Below, in pieces: positions 41,434 through 54,572 of a stretch of DNA of 64,000 bases. Position 1 is the stretch's first letter. Every line of letters starts with the position of its first letter. The translations under genes were made by a program, and so were the position numbers. The notes below the pieces were generated by a model that ran no database searches, was not told the origin of the DNA, and saw only the letters and a list, made by a program, of their open reading frames with translations. Source of the DNA: an uncultured delta proteobacterium. GTDB taxonomy: Bacteria; Myxococcota_A; Polyangia; Polyangiales; B10-G4. The DNA is taken from NCBI GenBank assembly GCA_963727445.1, contig CAVSGI010000014.1, forward strand, positions 192,001 through 256,000, written 5' to 3'.

Positions 41434-43529
41434 AGCACGACACCGAGGAAGAGGAGCGCGAAGACGGGAAGCGGCGAGGCCGAGATGGGGCCGGAGGCCG
41501 AGCAACCGGTCTGCAGGCTCGGGTGAAGCGCAAAGCCGAACTTCTGAGAGGTGAGGTTGCCCGCCTCGTCGCGCGCGATGATCTCGAGCTCGTAGAGCTC
41601 GCCGACCTCGAGTGAATCGGTGGAGATGGAGAGCGTGGTGTCGCTGCCGAAGCTCGACTCCTGGATCACGCTGGTGGTGCTGTCCTCGGCGACGCGGCGA
41701 AGGACCCAACGCGTGGTCACGCCGCGACCGCCGTCGTCCTCGGCTTGCCAGGACGCGCGCACGGCGGCGTCGAGCACGATGGCGCCGGGGCTCTCGGTGA
41801 CGCGCAGAGTGGGCGGAACGCCGTCGACGGTGAAGGCGTGGATGACGGGCGCCGGGTCGGCGTTGCCGTTGAGGTCGACGGCCGCGACCTCGAGCACGTG
41901 GTCGCCGTCGGCGGCGTCGAAGCGAACGACGCGCAGGCTGGTAGGCGCCTCGGTGAGGAGCTCGTGGTCGAGCCAGGCGCGGTAGCGAAGCAGCCCCTCG
42001 GGGGTCCGGTCGTCGATGCCCGCCACCGTGAAGGCGGCAGTGCCGGCGCCGAGAAGCGCGGCCGGCTCCTCGAGGGAGGTGTCGGGCGCGGTGTGGTCCG
42101 TGGGGTCGGGCACGAAGAGGTCGACGCCGACGCGCTGCCAGCCGCCGTCGCTCGAGATCTCGCGGACGTTGAGGAACGTGCCTTCGATCTCGTGGAGCGC
42201 CGGTGCGATGGGCAGGCCGGAGAGCCGCTCCGAGATCATCGGCATCACCGTGCCTTCGACGAAGCCGCGCAGCCGCGCGCCGTCGATGGTCAGCTCGGAC
42301 TCCTCGCCCTCGACGCGGATCTGGTCGATGCGGAGATCCTCGATGTCGAGGACCAGGGCGCCCATGTTCGGCGCGGTCGCGATGCGCGCGGCGAGCCCGC
42401 CGTCGACGTGGATGTCGATCCGGCTGGTCTCGCCCTCGGGGCGGCGAACGTCGATGACGACGTGCAGGCCGCGGAGCGTCAGATCGGCGACGTCGGGCGC
42501 GACACGACCGAAGGTCGCCGAGAGCGGCTCCTCGATGTCGAGGCCCACGTCGATCTCCGTGCCCTCGGGCAGACCGATCTGCTGCACGGCGCCCACGCCG
42601 GCGAGGGAGATGGTCTGGCGGTTGTCGGCGAGCAGCTGGCTGATCATCCCGCCGCGCCACGCCTCGTAGAGCGCGCTGGTGACGAGGCGATCCGATGCGG
42701 CGAGCTGGAACATGCCCTGGGTCGTGTTGGGCAGCGCCTCCCCCTCGGGCAGCTCGGTGGCCGGGGCCTCGGCACTGAAGAGCGGCGTGCCGGTCCAGGT
42801 GATCGCGGCGTCGCCTTCGGCGGTGACGCCGTAAGCGCGGCTCAGGTCGAGGCCGTCGAGCCAGCCGTCGATCTCGAAGTTCCCCTGCTCGACCGTGAGG
42901 CCCACGGTCTCGGCGAAGATGTCCGTGAGCGCCTCGGAGATCTTGTCGCTCATCATCGACTCGACGCGCGGGACGAGGAAGTCGAGGGCCCAGCCCTCGA
43001 AGGCGTTGAAGAGCCAGGTGGCGACCTCACCGATGGCGCATCCATCGGACTGCAGGTCGAGATCCTCGGGCGCGAGGGCGAGGTCGACGGAGGCGCCGTG
43101 GAACTCGATGCCGCCCTCGGGACCAGTGGCGGCGGCCAGCTCGACGGTGGCGTCGAGGTTCTGGAGGTTGGCGCTGAGATCGCAGTGGGCCGAGCCGAAG
43201 CAGGCGTAAGGGTTCTGAAGGTCCACCATGGCGCTGACCCCGACGTCGAGGTTCACGCCCACGATGATCCGACCGTCGTCGGTGGAGAGGCGGATGTCGT
43301 TCCAGCCGATGAAGACAGGCGTGTCGGGCAGCTGGGCCGAGATGGTGCTGGACCCCGGACAGTCGTACAGGTCGCGGTCCATGCTCGGAACCACCACCTC
43401 GTTGGGCACGCGGGTCTTGGCGACCTCGGTGATGGCGTCCATGCCATCGGGGGTGACCCGAACACCGAATCCCTGCGCGAGGGCGGTGGCCGGAAGAAGG
43501 AGGATGAGGCTGACGAGGAGGGCCCGCAT
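41412..43529 (-). CDS. BPI/LBP-like (TULIP) lipid-binding protein with Ig-like domains and MYXO-CTERM-like tail
   Basis: GFGVRVTPDGMDAI; QGMFQLAASDRLVTSALYEAWRGG; DGDHVLEVAAVD..GN; TGCSA-TM-RRRRR. Confidence 0.68.
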   Translation of the reverse strand: MRALLVSLILLLPATALAQGFGVRVTPDGMDAITEVAKTRVPNEVVVPSMDRDLYDCPGSSTISAQLPDTPVFIGWNDIRLSTDDGRIIVGVNLDVGVSAMVDLQNPYACFGSAHCDLSANLQNLDATVELAAATGPEGGIEFHGASVDLALAPEDLDLQSDGCAIGEVATWLFNAFEGWALDFLVPRVESMMSDKISEALTDIFAETVGLTVEQGNFEIDGWLDGLDLSRAYGVTAEGDAAITWTGTPLFSAEAPATELPEGEALPNTTQGMFQLAASDRLVTSALYEAWRGGMISQLLADNRQTISLAGVGAVQQIGLPEGTEIDVGLDIEEPLSATFGRVAPDVADLTLRGLHVVIDVRRPEGETSRIDIHVDGGLAARIATAPNMGALVLDIEDLRIDQIRVEGEESELTIDGARLRGFVEGTVMPMISERLSGLPIAPALHEIEGTFLNVREISSDGGWQRVGVDLFVPDPTDHTAPDTSLEEPAALLGAGTAAFTVAGIDDRTPEGLLRYRAWLDHELLTEAPTSLRVVRFDAADGDHVLEVAAVDLNGNADPAPVIHAFTVDGVPPTLRVTESPGAIVLDAAVRASWQAEDDGGRGVTTRWVLRRVAEDSTTSVIQESSFGSDTTLSISTDSLEVGELYELEIIARDEAGNLTSQKFGFALHPSLQTGCSASGPISASPLPVFALLFLGVVLCRRRRR

Positions 43530-43661
43530 GATGCGGCACCTCACCGCACGATCAGTGCCAGGGCTCACCCATGGAAATGATTGACGAAAGTGGCAGCGCA
43601 CTGGCTGCCACAGTGGCCAGGCTCAGCCCGCTTCAGGCGGTCCCCGTGATACAAGTCGTCC

Positions 43662-45068
43662 GTGGGGATGTTGGTCACGTGGCGCGCATCATGGCTCCTC
43701 GTGACGGTGGCTCTCCTCGCCGCCGCTGGCTGCGAGGCGCAGGGCGGCGGCGCGCTCATCGTGGACCTGCGGAGCGACCTGCGTCCGGGCTACGAGTTCA
43801 CTCGGGCACGCGTCACGCTTCTCGGAGCGGGGACCGACTCGGACGTGCGGCAGGAGCGCGACTTCGGCCCGGGCGACGAGGCATCGCTGGTGGATGGGCT
43901 GCGCATCGCGGAGTTCGACGCGGTGGACCAGAGCACTGCGAGCGTTCGGGTGACGCTCATCGCGCCCGAAGGGCACACCCTGCTCGAGCGCGTGATCCGC
44001 GTCTCGGGCCTCGAGACGAGCCGGGCCGTCACCGCCATCCTCAGCCGTGACTGCCGCGGCGTGCAGTGCCCCGATCCCGGCGGCGACGCCGAGCAGACGG
44101 AGTGTCTGGCGGGACGCTGCGTCGACCCCACGTGCACGCCGGAGGACCCGACGAGCTGCGGGACGCCGGCGTGCCTCAACGACACCGAGTGCGGGGGTCT
44201 CTCTTCCTGTGCGACCGGGGTCTGCGGAGAGGGGGGCGTCTGCTTGCAGGTGGTCGACGACACCCTCTGCGCCGCAGACGAGTACTGCCTTCCGGAGACG
44301 GGATGCGTCGCCGTGCCCAGCGTGACCGACGCGGGGATGGACGCCGCGACCGACGGCAGCACCGATGCGACCCTCGATGCGGGTGACGCCCCAGACGCGG
44401 GCGTGGACGCGGACGCCGCCACGGATGCTGACGCCGATGCGGTGATGGACGCGAGCGCCGAAGGCGGGCCGAGGTGCGGGGACGACGTCGTCGATCTCGG
44501 GGAGGCCTGCGACGACGGAAACGCGATCGCGGGCGACGGATGCAGCCCCACCTGCCGCCTCGAGGGAGACTCCTGCGCGGACGCGCTCGACATGGCCGTC
44601 GTGGGGGCAGTGCAACCGGATGGCTCGCTCCTGGTGCGGTCCAGCCTCGCCCGCGCCACCGACTCGATCTCCGTGCACTCGACCTATTCGACCCCGGACC
44701 GCATCTACTACTGGGATACGCCCGACGAGGGGTGGCTCATCTGGTCCACGGACACCGCGACGCTCGAATTCGACAGCTACATGTGCACTCGGAACGTGTG
44801 CACCGATGCCACGACCTCCCTCGGATGCAACGACGACCGGGGCACGATCATGCGCCTCGCATCCATCATGCACGTCGGCGTCGCGGCCGGGGATCGCGTG
44901 TACGCCATCGTGGAGCCCAACGAGGCGGGGTGCTGCGAGTTCGACCTCGTGGTGAGCTGGCGGCGCTACCTCGAGGTGGGCGAGGCGTGCACGCCCAGCT
45001 ACTGGGAGGACGATTGCCGGCCGCCGAGCCGCTGCGTCGCCGTCGACGGAGGCAACGCATGTCAGTGA
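43662..45068 (+). CDS. Cys-rich lipoprotein with DUF4215-like repeat (paralogue 1)
   Basis: Lipobox AAGC; LIVDLRSD..PG; CGDDVVDLGEACDDGN..GDGCSPTC. Confidence 0.8.
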   Translation: MGMLVTWRASWLLVTVALLAAAGCEAQGGGALIVDLRSDLRPGYEFTRARVTLLGAGTDSDVRQERDFGPGDEASLVDGLRIAEFDAVDQSTASVRVTLIAPEGHTLLERVIRVSGLETSRAVTAILSRDCRGVQCPDPGGDAEQTECLAGRCVDPTCTPEDPTSCGTPACLNDTECGGLSSCATGVCGEGGVCLQVVDDTLCAADEYCLPETGCVAVPSVTDAGMDAATDGSTDATLDAGDAPDAGVDADAATDADADAVMDASAEGGPRCGDDVVDLGEACDDGNAIAGDGCSPTCRLEGDSCADALDMAVVGAVQPDGSLLVRSSLARATDSISVHSTYSTPDRIYYWDTPDEGWLIWSTDTATLEFDSYMCTRNVCTDATTSLGCNDDRGTIMRLASIMHVGVAAGDRVYAIVEPNEAGCCEFDLVVSWRRYLEVGEACTPSYWEDDCRPPSRCVAVDGGNACQ

Positions 45069-47655
45069 GGCGCTTGCCGTGGGTCCTCCTGTCGACCCTG
45101 GCCCTGACCGGTTGCGTCGAAGCCGGCAACGAGCTCGTCGTCGACTTGCGAACCGACTTCCGGCCGGGGCTCGAATTCTTCGCCGTGCGTACCGAGCTGG
45201 TGGGGGCCGCGGCGGCAGAAGCTGCCGAGATGCGGATCACGCCCGTCACCGGCGACGACACGGCGCTTCTCGACGGCATCCGCGTCGCCGAGTTCAGCGG
45301 CATCACCCGCGATCGGGTCTTGGTGATCGTGGCGCTCCTCGATCGCGGCGGGACGCCCCTGGTGGCGCGCCCGGTACGGGTGACCATGGGCGGCACGGAC
45401 CGGGGCGTCACCGCGGTCATCACGCGGAGCTGCCGCGACGTGCTCTGCCCCGCTCCCGACGGAGACCAGCGCCTCGTCGCGTGTCAGGGCGGCGAATGCG
45501 TCGAGCCCGAGTGCTCGCCCGAGACGCCGGAAGCGTGCAGCAGCACCACCGCCGAGTGCACTGCGGATGCCGATTGTGCCTCGGGGAGCCTCGCGAGCTG
45601 CTCCACCGCCCGCTGCGCCCTCGGCGTGTGCCTCGTCGGCGGTGACGATGCCACCTGCGACAGCAGCACCTGGTGTCAGCCGGAGGTCGGCTGCGTGCCC
45701 TTCACCACAACGATCGACGATGGCGGCATGGATGCGGGGATGCCCGACGCGGACGCTGCTGCGGACGCGGACGCTGGGGTGATGGACGCCGGGGATGCGA
45801 GCGACGCGACGGACGTAGCGGACGCCGACGCATCCATGATCACCCTGGCATGCCCGTTGGGCACCGATCCCATCGGCGCCTTCCCCCCTGCCCCGGATCC
45901 GGTCCCCATGGTCTCGCCCACCTGCGGCGACGGCACCGTGGACACGGGCGAGGACTGCGACGACGGCGCGCGTGTCGACGGCGACGGCTGTAGCGCGAAC
46001 TGCTTCCGCGAAGGCACCTGCAACGCCCCCTTCGACCTGCTCATGGACACAACGACGGGTACGGGCGGCGAGCTCCGATGGCGCGGGGAGCTCGACACCT
46101 GGGAAAACCTCGAGGACGGCACCTGCTCCAGCGGCGACGGACGCGAGGTGATCTTCCGCTTCGTCCCCCCCTTCGACGGGCTCGTCCGAGCCGCTGGGCA
46201 GTACGTCGTCGATGGAAGCTACCGCGACACCGTCCTCTACTCTCGCCAGCGCTGCGCGCAGGCGGACACGGAGATCGCGTGCAACGACGACGTCACGGCC
46301 TACACGCCCTACCTCGATTTCGTGGCGCGCGCGGGCGAGCCAATCTTCCTCTTCTTCGAGAACTACTCGGACTATGCCGGCTTCGACGAGCTCATCGTCC
46401 GCTTCGACCGGCTCCTGCCCGACGGCACGGCGTGCGACCCGGCCCAGGTCGAGACGCGATGCGCCGTGGGATCCGACTGCATCGACGATGGCTCAGGCGG
46501 ACACGTCTGTGGTCCCGCGGTCTGCGGCAACGGGGTGATCGAGGCCGACGAGGGCTGTGACGACGGAAACGCCATGGACTGGGACGGCTGCTCGTCGCGC
46601 TGTCATCTCGAGTGCGGCAGCTGCGCCACTCCTCTCGACTTCTCCGCCGTCGCGACCGCCGACGCCGATGGAACGCTGCGCTTCGTCGCCACCCACAAGG
46701 GCGCGCGAGACCGGCAGCTGTCGAGATGCTCTCCGAATCGCACCGCCCCGGAGCTCGTCTACTCCTACGTCGCCCCCACCGACGGCACGCTCACCGTGGC
46801 CGTCGATTCGGCGGACGACTCGTACATTCCGATGGTGGACGTGCGAAGCGATTGCACCGATCTCGGCACCACCCTCTCCTGCGCCAGCAGCTACGACATG
46901 CCCGGCTGGGACCCAGCGACGGTGAGCGTGCGGGTTCGCGCCTCCGAGACCTATTACATCCTCTCCGAATGGGTCGGCGACGAGAACGACCTCGACATCT
47001 TCAACTACGAGACGCGCCTGCTCGAGATGACCGCGAAGCTCGAGCCGCACATCCCGCTGGGCGGAGCCTGCACGCCTTCCGAGATCATCCGCGGATGTGC
47101 AGAGGGGCTGTCGTGCCTCGACCGCGGGAGCGGCTTCACCTGCGTAGCGACCGTCTGTGGGGATGGAACGACCGAAGGCATCGAGCAGTGCGACGACGGG
47201 GCCGCCGTCGCGGGTGACGGCTGCGACGCGAGCTGCCGCTTCGAGACCGCGCCGAGCGGGGGGACGACTGCGCCGCCGCCGTCCCCATCCAGCTGGTGCC
47301 CACCGGGCCGACCACGCTCGGGGCGGATGCCTATGGGACGACCGCGGGCGCGACGGACGTCTTCGCGCCCTTCTGCTCCGCCATGGCGCCGGCGGACGTC
47401 GTCTATGCGATCACCCTGACCGACACCCGCAACCTCTCGGTGCGCATCACCCCGCTCGAGCCCTTCGGCGACGCCAACATGTCCGCGCAGCTTCGGACGA
47501 TCTGCGACGACGCCAGCACGGCCCTGAGCACCTGCGCCTACTCGACCGGCAACTGGGCGGGCCTCACCGCCGGCACCTATTACTTCGTGATGGCGCCGCG
47601 CCCCATCGACGGCGGCGGGCGTTACCGGCTCAGCTTCACCGCGACCGCGCCCTGA
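45059..47655 (+). CDS. Cys-rich lipoprotein with 3 DUF4215-like repeats (paralogue 2); frameshift at ~47260
   Basis: Lipobox LTGC; LVVDLRTD..PG; three CG.G...E.CDDG...DGC motifs; tail in ORF 47296..47655. Confidence 0.8.
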
Positions 47656-47693
47656 GCGCACCGCCGCTGCCGAAAGCCTGCTACCCTGGGCAT

Positions 47694-49520
47694 GTGGAGA
47701 GGGGTGGGGGATGGAGGACGTGCGTCCTCGCCATGGCGTCCTTGGTGTTCGCAGCGTGCTCCGACCCACCGGTCGCGCTCTTCGTCGATCTGCGAACGGA
47801 CTACGTCGGCGGCGTGGAGGCTCGGCTGGCGCGCGTCCAGCTCTTCGCCGCGGACGCCGAGACCGCCGTCCGCTCGGTCGAGACACCGCTCATCGAAGAG
47901 GATCTCACGGAAGGCGTGCGCATCGCCGAGCTCGACGACCTCACCCCCGGCCCCTATCGCGTGGTGGTCGCCCTCGAAGGGCTGGCGCGCGTGCCGGTAC
48001 GGACTGTACGGATCACGATCGACCGGAGCCGCGCGGTGACCGTGCTCATCACCCGAGATTGCCAGACCATCGCCTGCCCCACCGACGACGCCCCAGAGCT
48101 CAGCGAGTGCCTGGGCGGCGCCTGCGTCGATCCGACCTGCGCACCCGAGACTCCTCAGAGTTGCCCGGCCCCGGAGTGCATGAGCGACACCGACTGCGCA
48201 TCATCGACCGTCGCGTGCGCCACCGCCGTCTGCGTCGCCGGCGTCTGCTCCCTCCGCGCTGACAGCGCCATGTGCGCGATGGCTGAGTACTGCGAGCCGA
48301 CGATGGGCTGCCGGATTCGCCCGGGGCTCCCGATGGATGGAGGCACGGACGCCGGGATGGACGGAGCCGCCGATGCAGCCACAGACGGCGGCCACGATGC
48401 GCTCACGGATGGAGGCGGGGACGGGGGCGACGCCGACGGCGGGCCCATGGGCGTCGTCGCCATCGCCGCGGGCTATGGGCACTCCTGCGCCATCGTTCGG
48501 GGCGGTGAGCTCTACTGCTGGGGGAGCAACGCCCGAGGCGAGCTGGGCGACCCGAGCTTCAGCGACAACGCGCTGGTCCCTCGGCGCATCGGCACCGACA
48601 GCGATTGGACGGACATCGCTGTCGGGGGTCGATACTTCGGCGGTGGACCCATCGGATTCTCCTGCGGAATCCGCGGCGGCGAGCTCTATTGCTGGGGCAA
48701 GAACGAGAACGGGGAGCTCGGAAACGGAACCATGGTGGATGCGGATGCGCCGACGCCCGTCGGCACCGGGACCGACTGGTTCCGGGTGGTGGGCAGCTGG
48801 GCGCACGCCCATGGGCTGCGCGGCGCAGGGGAGCTCTGGTCCTGGGGCGAAGGCGTGGCCAACGGCCTCGGCAACGACATGGACCAGCCGTCGCCCATGC
48901 GCGTCGGCACCGCGCTGTGGCGCGAGGTGTCGGCGGGAACCGATCACGGCTGCGGCATTCAGATGGACGGCTCACTGTGGTGTTGGGGCAACGGTCTCAA
49001 TGGTGCCCTCGCCCTCGGGACGGGGCGCACGTACGAGCTGACGCCGCAACGGGTCGGAGCCGCCAACGATTGGCACGGCCTGACGCGCACATGCGCGCTT
49101 CGCACCGGGGGCGCCCTGTGGTGCTGGGGGTCGAACTCGGAGGGCCGGGTGGGCGACGGCACCACCGACGACGCGTTCGCTCCGCTCGAGATCGCGACCA
49201 GCGGCTACGCCGAGGTCGCTGCGACCTACACCCTCACCTACGCGGTGGCGTCGGACGGCGCGCTCGCGACCTGGGGCGACGACGACAACGGCGCGCTGGG
49301 CAACGGGAGCGCGGGTGCCGGGATGGACGTGCTGGTTCCGACCATCGTCGATGCCCGGAGCGGCTGGCGGCTGGTGACCCCCGGCATCCTCCACGGGTGC
49401 GCCGCGCTGGGGTCCTCCGAGGTCTACTGCTGGGGGTTATCCCAGGACGGGCGCACCGGTCTCGGCGACGGCGCACCGACGGTCGTGGTGACGCCCACCG
49501 CCCTCACCTTCGCCCCCTGA
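47694..49520 (+). CDS. Lipoprotein with the same N-terminal module plus RCC1 repeats (paralogue 3)
   Basis: Lipobox FAAC; LFVDLRTD; HSCA..GELYCWG.N..GELG repeats. Confidence 0.82.
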   Translation: MERGGGWRTCVLAMASLVFAACSDPPVALFVDLRTDYVGGVEARLARVQLFAADAETAVRSVETPLIEEDLTEGVRIAELDDLTPGPYRVVVALEGLARVPVRTVRITIDRSRAVTVLITRDCQTIACPTDDAPELSECLGGACVDPTCAPETPQSCPAPECMSDTDCASSTVACATAVCVAGVCSLRADSAMCAMAEYCEPTMGCRIRPGLPMDGGTDAGMDGAADAATDGGHDALTDGGGDGGDADGGPMGVVAIAAGYGHSCAIVRGGELYCWGSNARGELGDPSFSDNALVPRRIGTDSDWTDIAVGGRYFGGGPIGFSCGIRGGELYCWGKNENGELGNGTMVDADAPTPVGTGTDWFRVVGSWAHAHGLRGAGELWSWGEGVANGLGNDMDQPSPMRVGTALWREVSAGTDHGCGIQMDGSLWCWGNGLNGALALGTGRTYELTPQRVGAANDWHGLTRTCALRTGGALWCWGSNSEGRVGDGTTDDAFAPLEIATSGYAEVAATYTLTYAVASDGALATWGDDDNGALGNGSAGAGMDVLVPTIVDARSGWRLVTPGILHGCAALGSSEVYCWGLSQDGRTGLGDGAPTVVVTPTALTFAP

Positions 49521-49532
49521 CCTCGCGCCACC

Positions 49533-51450
<1,918 letters not shown>

Positions 51451-51452
51451 TC

Positions 51453-53840
51453 TCACTCCTCGTCCTCGGGGGCCGGGAAGCCGGGCAACGTGGGCTCACC
51501 CCAGACGACCCGATCGAGCTTGCCGCGCTTGAAGAGCCGGAAGCCCTTCCCGCCGCGCGAGACCACCTCGTACTTCCGCGTCGAGATGGTGAGCTCCTTC
51601 CCGTTGTCGTTCTGCACGACGAGCATGTCGCTGTCGTCGGCGAGCACCGCGGCCCCGACGACCGCGTCGCTCTTCTGGAGCTTGATCAGCATCACGCCCT
51701 TGCCCCGCGCCCGAGAGCACGCCGATGTCTCGTCGACGTTGCAGATCAGCGCGCGCCCCTCGCGAGTCGCGCAGGCGATGCGGTCCTCCTCCGTCGCAGT
51801 AGCTCGACGTAGACCACCTCGTCGTCCTCCTTGGGCCGGGCAGTACTTGCGGCCAGCGCGCGTCGACGGCTCGCGATGCCCCCGCAGCGAAAAGCGCGCC
51901 GTGTAGCCCTTCCGCGTCACCGCCACCGCGTAGGGCTCCTCCGGCTCCTCGGCGCCCTCGCTCGGCTCGGGCACGTCGAGGAAGCGCGGGTCGAAGCCCA
52001 TCATCGCCACGATGCGCTCGCCGTCCGCCATCTTGAACAGCGTCTGCATCGGCACGCCGTAGCCGGTGGTCGCCGGCACGTCGTTGATGCGGCAGACGTA
52101 GCAGACGCCGGCGGTGCGAGAAGAGCGCGATCGCCGACGCGGGTGGAGCCGGCCACGACCTCGAAGACCGCGTCGCCGTCGCGCACGCGCGTCGTCGACA
52201 CGTCGCGCACCCGCTGCTGGCGCTTGATCCACCCCTGCGCGCGTGAGCACCACCATCGCGTCCTCCGTCGACGATGAAGGCCTCGGCATCGAACTCGGGC
52301 GTCTCGTCCTCGCTGACGATCTGCGTCCTGCGCGGCGGTCGGCGTACTCCTTTTCGATCTCCGAGAGCTCTTCGCGGATGAGCTTCCAGCGCTCCGCGGG
52401 CTTCTCGAGCAGGCGCTCGATGCGCTTGGCCTCTTTGCGCTTTTCGTCGAGCTCCTTCTGGATGAGCAGGATCTCGAGCTTGGCGAGCTTGTAGAGCTTC
52501 AGCTCCAGGATGGCGTCGACCTGAATGGCGTCGAGGTCGAAGCGCTTCATCAACTTCGCGGCGGCGTCCTTCTTCCCCTCGGAGCGCCGGATGATGCGGA
52601 TGGTCTCGTCGAGTGCGTCGAAGACGGTCTCGAAGCCTTCGAGGATGTGGATCCGCTCGCGCAGCTTCTCGAGCTGGAACTCGAGCCGCTTGGTGACGAC
52701 CTCCATGCGGAAGTCGAGGAAGTAGCGGAGCACCGAGAGCAGATCGAGGCGCTGGGGCGCGGCGATTTCGGGATTGTCCGTCGGGACCAGGCAGGTCAGG
52801 TTGAGCTGCACGTTGGTCTTGAGCGGCGTGTTCTTGAAGAGGTACGCCATCACCAGGTCGGGATCGGCGTCCTTCTTCAGCTCGCAGACGATGCGGCACT
52901 CCTCGGTGCTCTCGTCGCGCACGTCGACGACGTGGGGGAGCTTTCGCGCCGCGACGATCTCGCCGATCTTGGCGACGATGGAGCCGCGCTCCACCGCGAA
53001 GGGGATCGAGGTGATGACCAGGTTCTTCGCGCCGCGCCGCCCTTTGACGTCCTCGAGCTTCCAGGTGCCACGGAGCGGGATGGACCCGCTTCCGCTCTCG
53101 TAGATGGAGAGCAGCTCGTCTCGCGACGCGAGCAGCTCGCCGCCGGTCGGGAAGTCGGGCCCCTTGATCTTGCGCAGCACCGACTTGAGCGTGCTCGTCG
53201 GCTTGTCGATGAGCAGGATGCACGCGGCGATCACCTCGCCCAGGTTGTGGGGCGGGATGCTGGTCGCCATGCCGACGGCGATCCCGTAGGAGCCGTTGAC
53301 AAGCATGTTCGGAAAGCGTGCCGGCAGGACGATCGGCTCGAAGCGCGTCCCGTCGTAGTTCGGCCGGAAGCTCACGGTGCGCTGGCCGAGCTCGGCCATC
53401 AGCTCGCCCGCGAGCTTGGTCAGGCGCGCCTCGGTGTAGCGCATCGCCGCCGGCGGATCGCCGTCGGGGGAGCCGAAGTTCCCGCGCCCGTCCACGAGGG
53501 GCACGCGCATGGAGAACGTCTGCGCCATGCGCGCCAGCGCGTCGTAGATCGCGCTGTCGCCGTGCGGATGGAACTTGCCCATCACGTCGCCGACGATGGC
53601 GGCGCTCTTCCGGTACTTGGCGTCGTGCCTGAGATGCAGCTCGTTCTGCATCGTGTAGAGGATGCGGCGCTGCACCGGCTTGAGACCGTCGCGGACGTCG
53701 GGCAGGGCGCGGGAGGTGATGACGCTGAGCGCGTAGTTCAGGTACCGCCGCTGCGTCACCTCGGCGAGGGACGCGTCTTCGACGACGGCTACCGGCAGCT
53801 CGAGCTGTTCTTTGCTCTTGCGGGTTCTTCGGCGGGCCAT
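51453..53840 (-). CDS. parC: Type IIA topoisomerase A subunit (ParC-like), frameshifts in the CTD
   Basis: [44 protein letters not shown]; no GyrA-box seen in the first blade. Confidence 0.85.
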   Translation of the reverse strand: MARRRTRKSKEQLELPVAVVEDASLAEVTQRRYLNYALSVITSRALPDVRDGLKPVQRRILYTMQNELHLRHDAKYRKSAAIVGDVMGKFHPHGDSAIYDALARMAQTFSMRVPLVDGRGNFGSPDGDPPAAMRYTEARLTKLAGELMAELGQRTVSFRPNYDGTRFEPIVLPARFPNMLVNGSYGIAVGMATSIPPHNLGEVIAACILLIDKPTSTLKSVLRKIKGPDFPTGGELLASRDELLSIYESGSGSIPLRGTWKLEDVKGRRGAKNLVITSIPFAVERGSIVAKIGEIVAARKLPHVVDVRDESTEECRIVCELKKDADPDLVMAYLFKNTPLKTNVQLNLTCLVPTDNPEIAAPQRLDLLSVLRYFLDFRMEVVTKRLEFQLEKLRERIHILEGFETVFDALDETIRIIRRSEGKKDAAAKLMKRFDLDAIQVDAILELKLYKLAKLEILLIQKELDEKRKEAKRIERLLEKPAERWKLIREELSEIEKEYADRRAGRRSSARTRRPSSMPRPSSSTEDAMVVLTRAGVDQAPAAGARRVDDARARRRRGLRGRGRLHPRRRSRSSRTAGVCYVCRINDVPATTGYGVPMQTLFKMADGERIVAMMGFDPRFLDVPEPSEGAEEPEEPYAVAVTRKGYTARFSLRGHREPSTRAGRKYCPAQGGRRGGLRRATATEEDRIACATREGRALICNVDETSACSRARGKGVMLIKLQKSDAVVGAAVLADDSDMLVVQNDNGKELTISTRKYEVVSRGGKGFRLFKRGKLDRVVWGEPTLPGFPAPEDEE

Positions 53841-53853
53841 TCCGGTCGGAACT

Positions 53854-54504
53854 CTACCCGCCCGTCCCCGTGATGGGGCGCTTTTCCAGAAGGCCGAGGA
53901 GCTTGTACGCGCGCCTGTTATCAGGCTCGATCACCAGCACCTGCTCGAGGGCCTGCCGCATCCCCACCGTGTTGCGGCGCTCGAAGAGCCGACCGGCGAG
54001 AATGAAGAGCGTGTCGATCGCCCCCATCCGGTCGTTGTTCTCGACATGGAACTCGACGATGCGGCGCAGCAGGAGCACGTCCTCGGGGTAGGCGCGCGTC
54101 AGCCCCTCGAGGTGCTCGCGCACCTGGCCGTGGTGTCCGTAGCGGACCAGCACCGTCATGTCCGACAGGACCCGGTCCAACTCGCCCGCGGGGATCTGAC
54201 CATCCTCGCATCCCTCGCGCACGGGCAGCGGCGGCGGCGTGATGCGCCCGACGTCGGGAACCGCCAGTCTGGCTTCGAGCCGCTGGTGGTCGAAGCTCGG
54301 ACGTGGACCCGATCCCACCGGACGGCGGGGCTCCGCGGAGGCGGGGCGCTTGATCTCGGTCAAGAGGACGACTTCGGCTTCGGGACCCTTCGGAGGCTCT
54401 GGAAGCCGCTCCCGGCGGGTGATTTCGTCGTCATCGTCTTCCCGAACGGCACCAGCGCTCTTCAAGAACGCGTCGAAAACCGCCTCGGGATCGTGCCGCT
54501 CCAC
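53854..54504 (-). CDS. Hypothetical protein with C-terminal TPR-like helices
   Basis: [15 protein letters not shown] helix-turn motif. Confidence 0.6.
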   Translation of the reverse strand: MERHDPEAVFDAFLKSAGAVREDDDDEITRRERLPEPPKGPEAEVVLLTEIKRPASAEPRRPVGSGPRPSFDHQRLEARLAVPDVGRITPPPLPVREGCEDGQIPAGELDRVLSDMTVLVRYGHHGQVREHLEGLTRAYPEDVLLLRRIVEFHVENNDRMGAIDTLFILAGRLFERRNTVGMRQALEQVLVIEPDNRRAYKLLGLLEKRPITGTGG

Positions 54505-54572
54505 CCTGGGACTTCGCCTCCTGCGCGCGGAGTGTACAAGGGGATTCGATCGACGCAAGCAGGCGTGATGAT

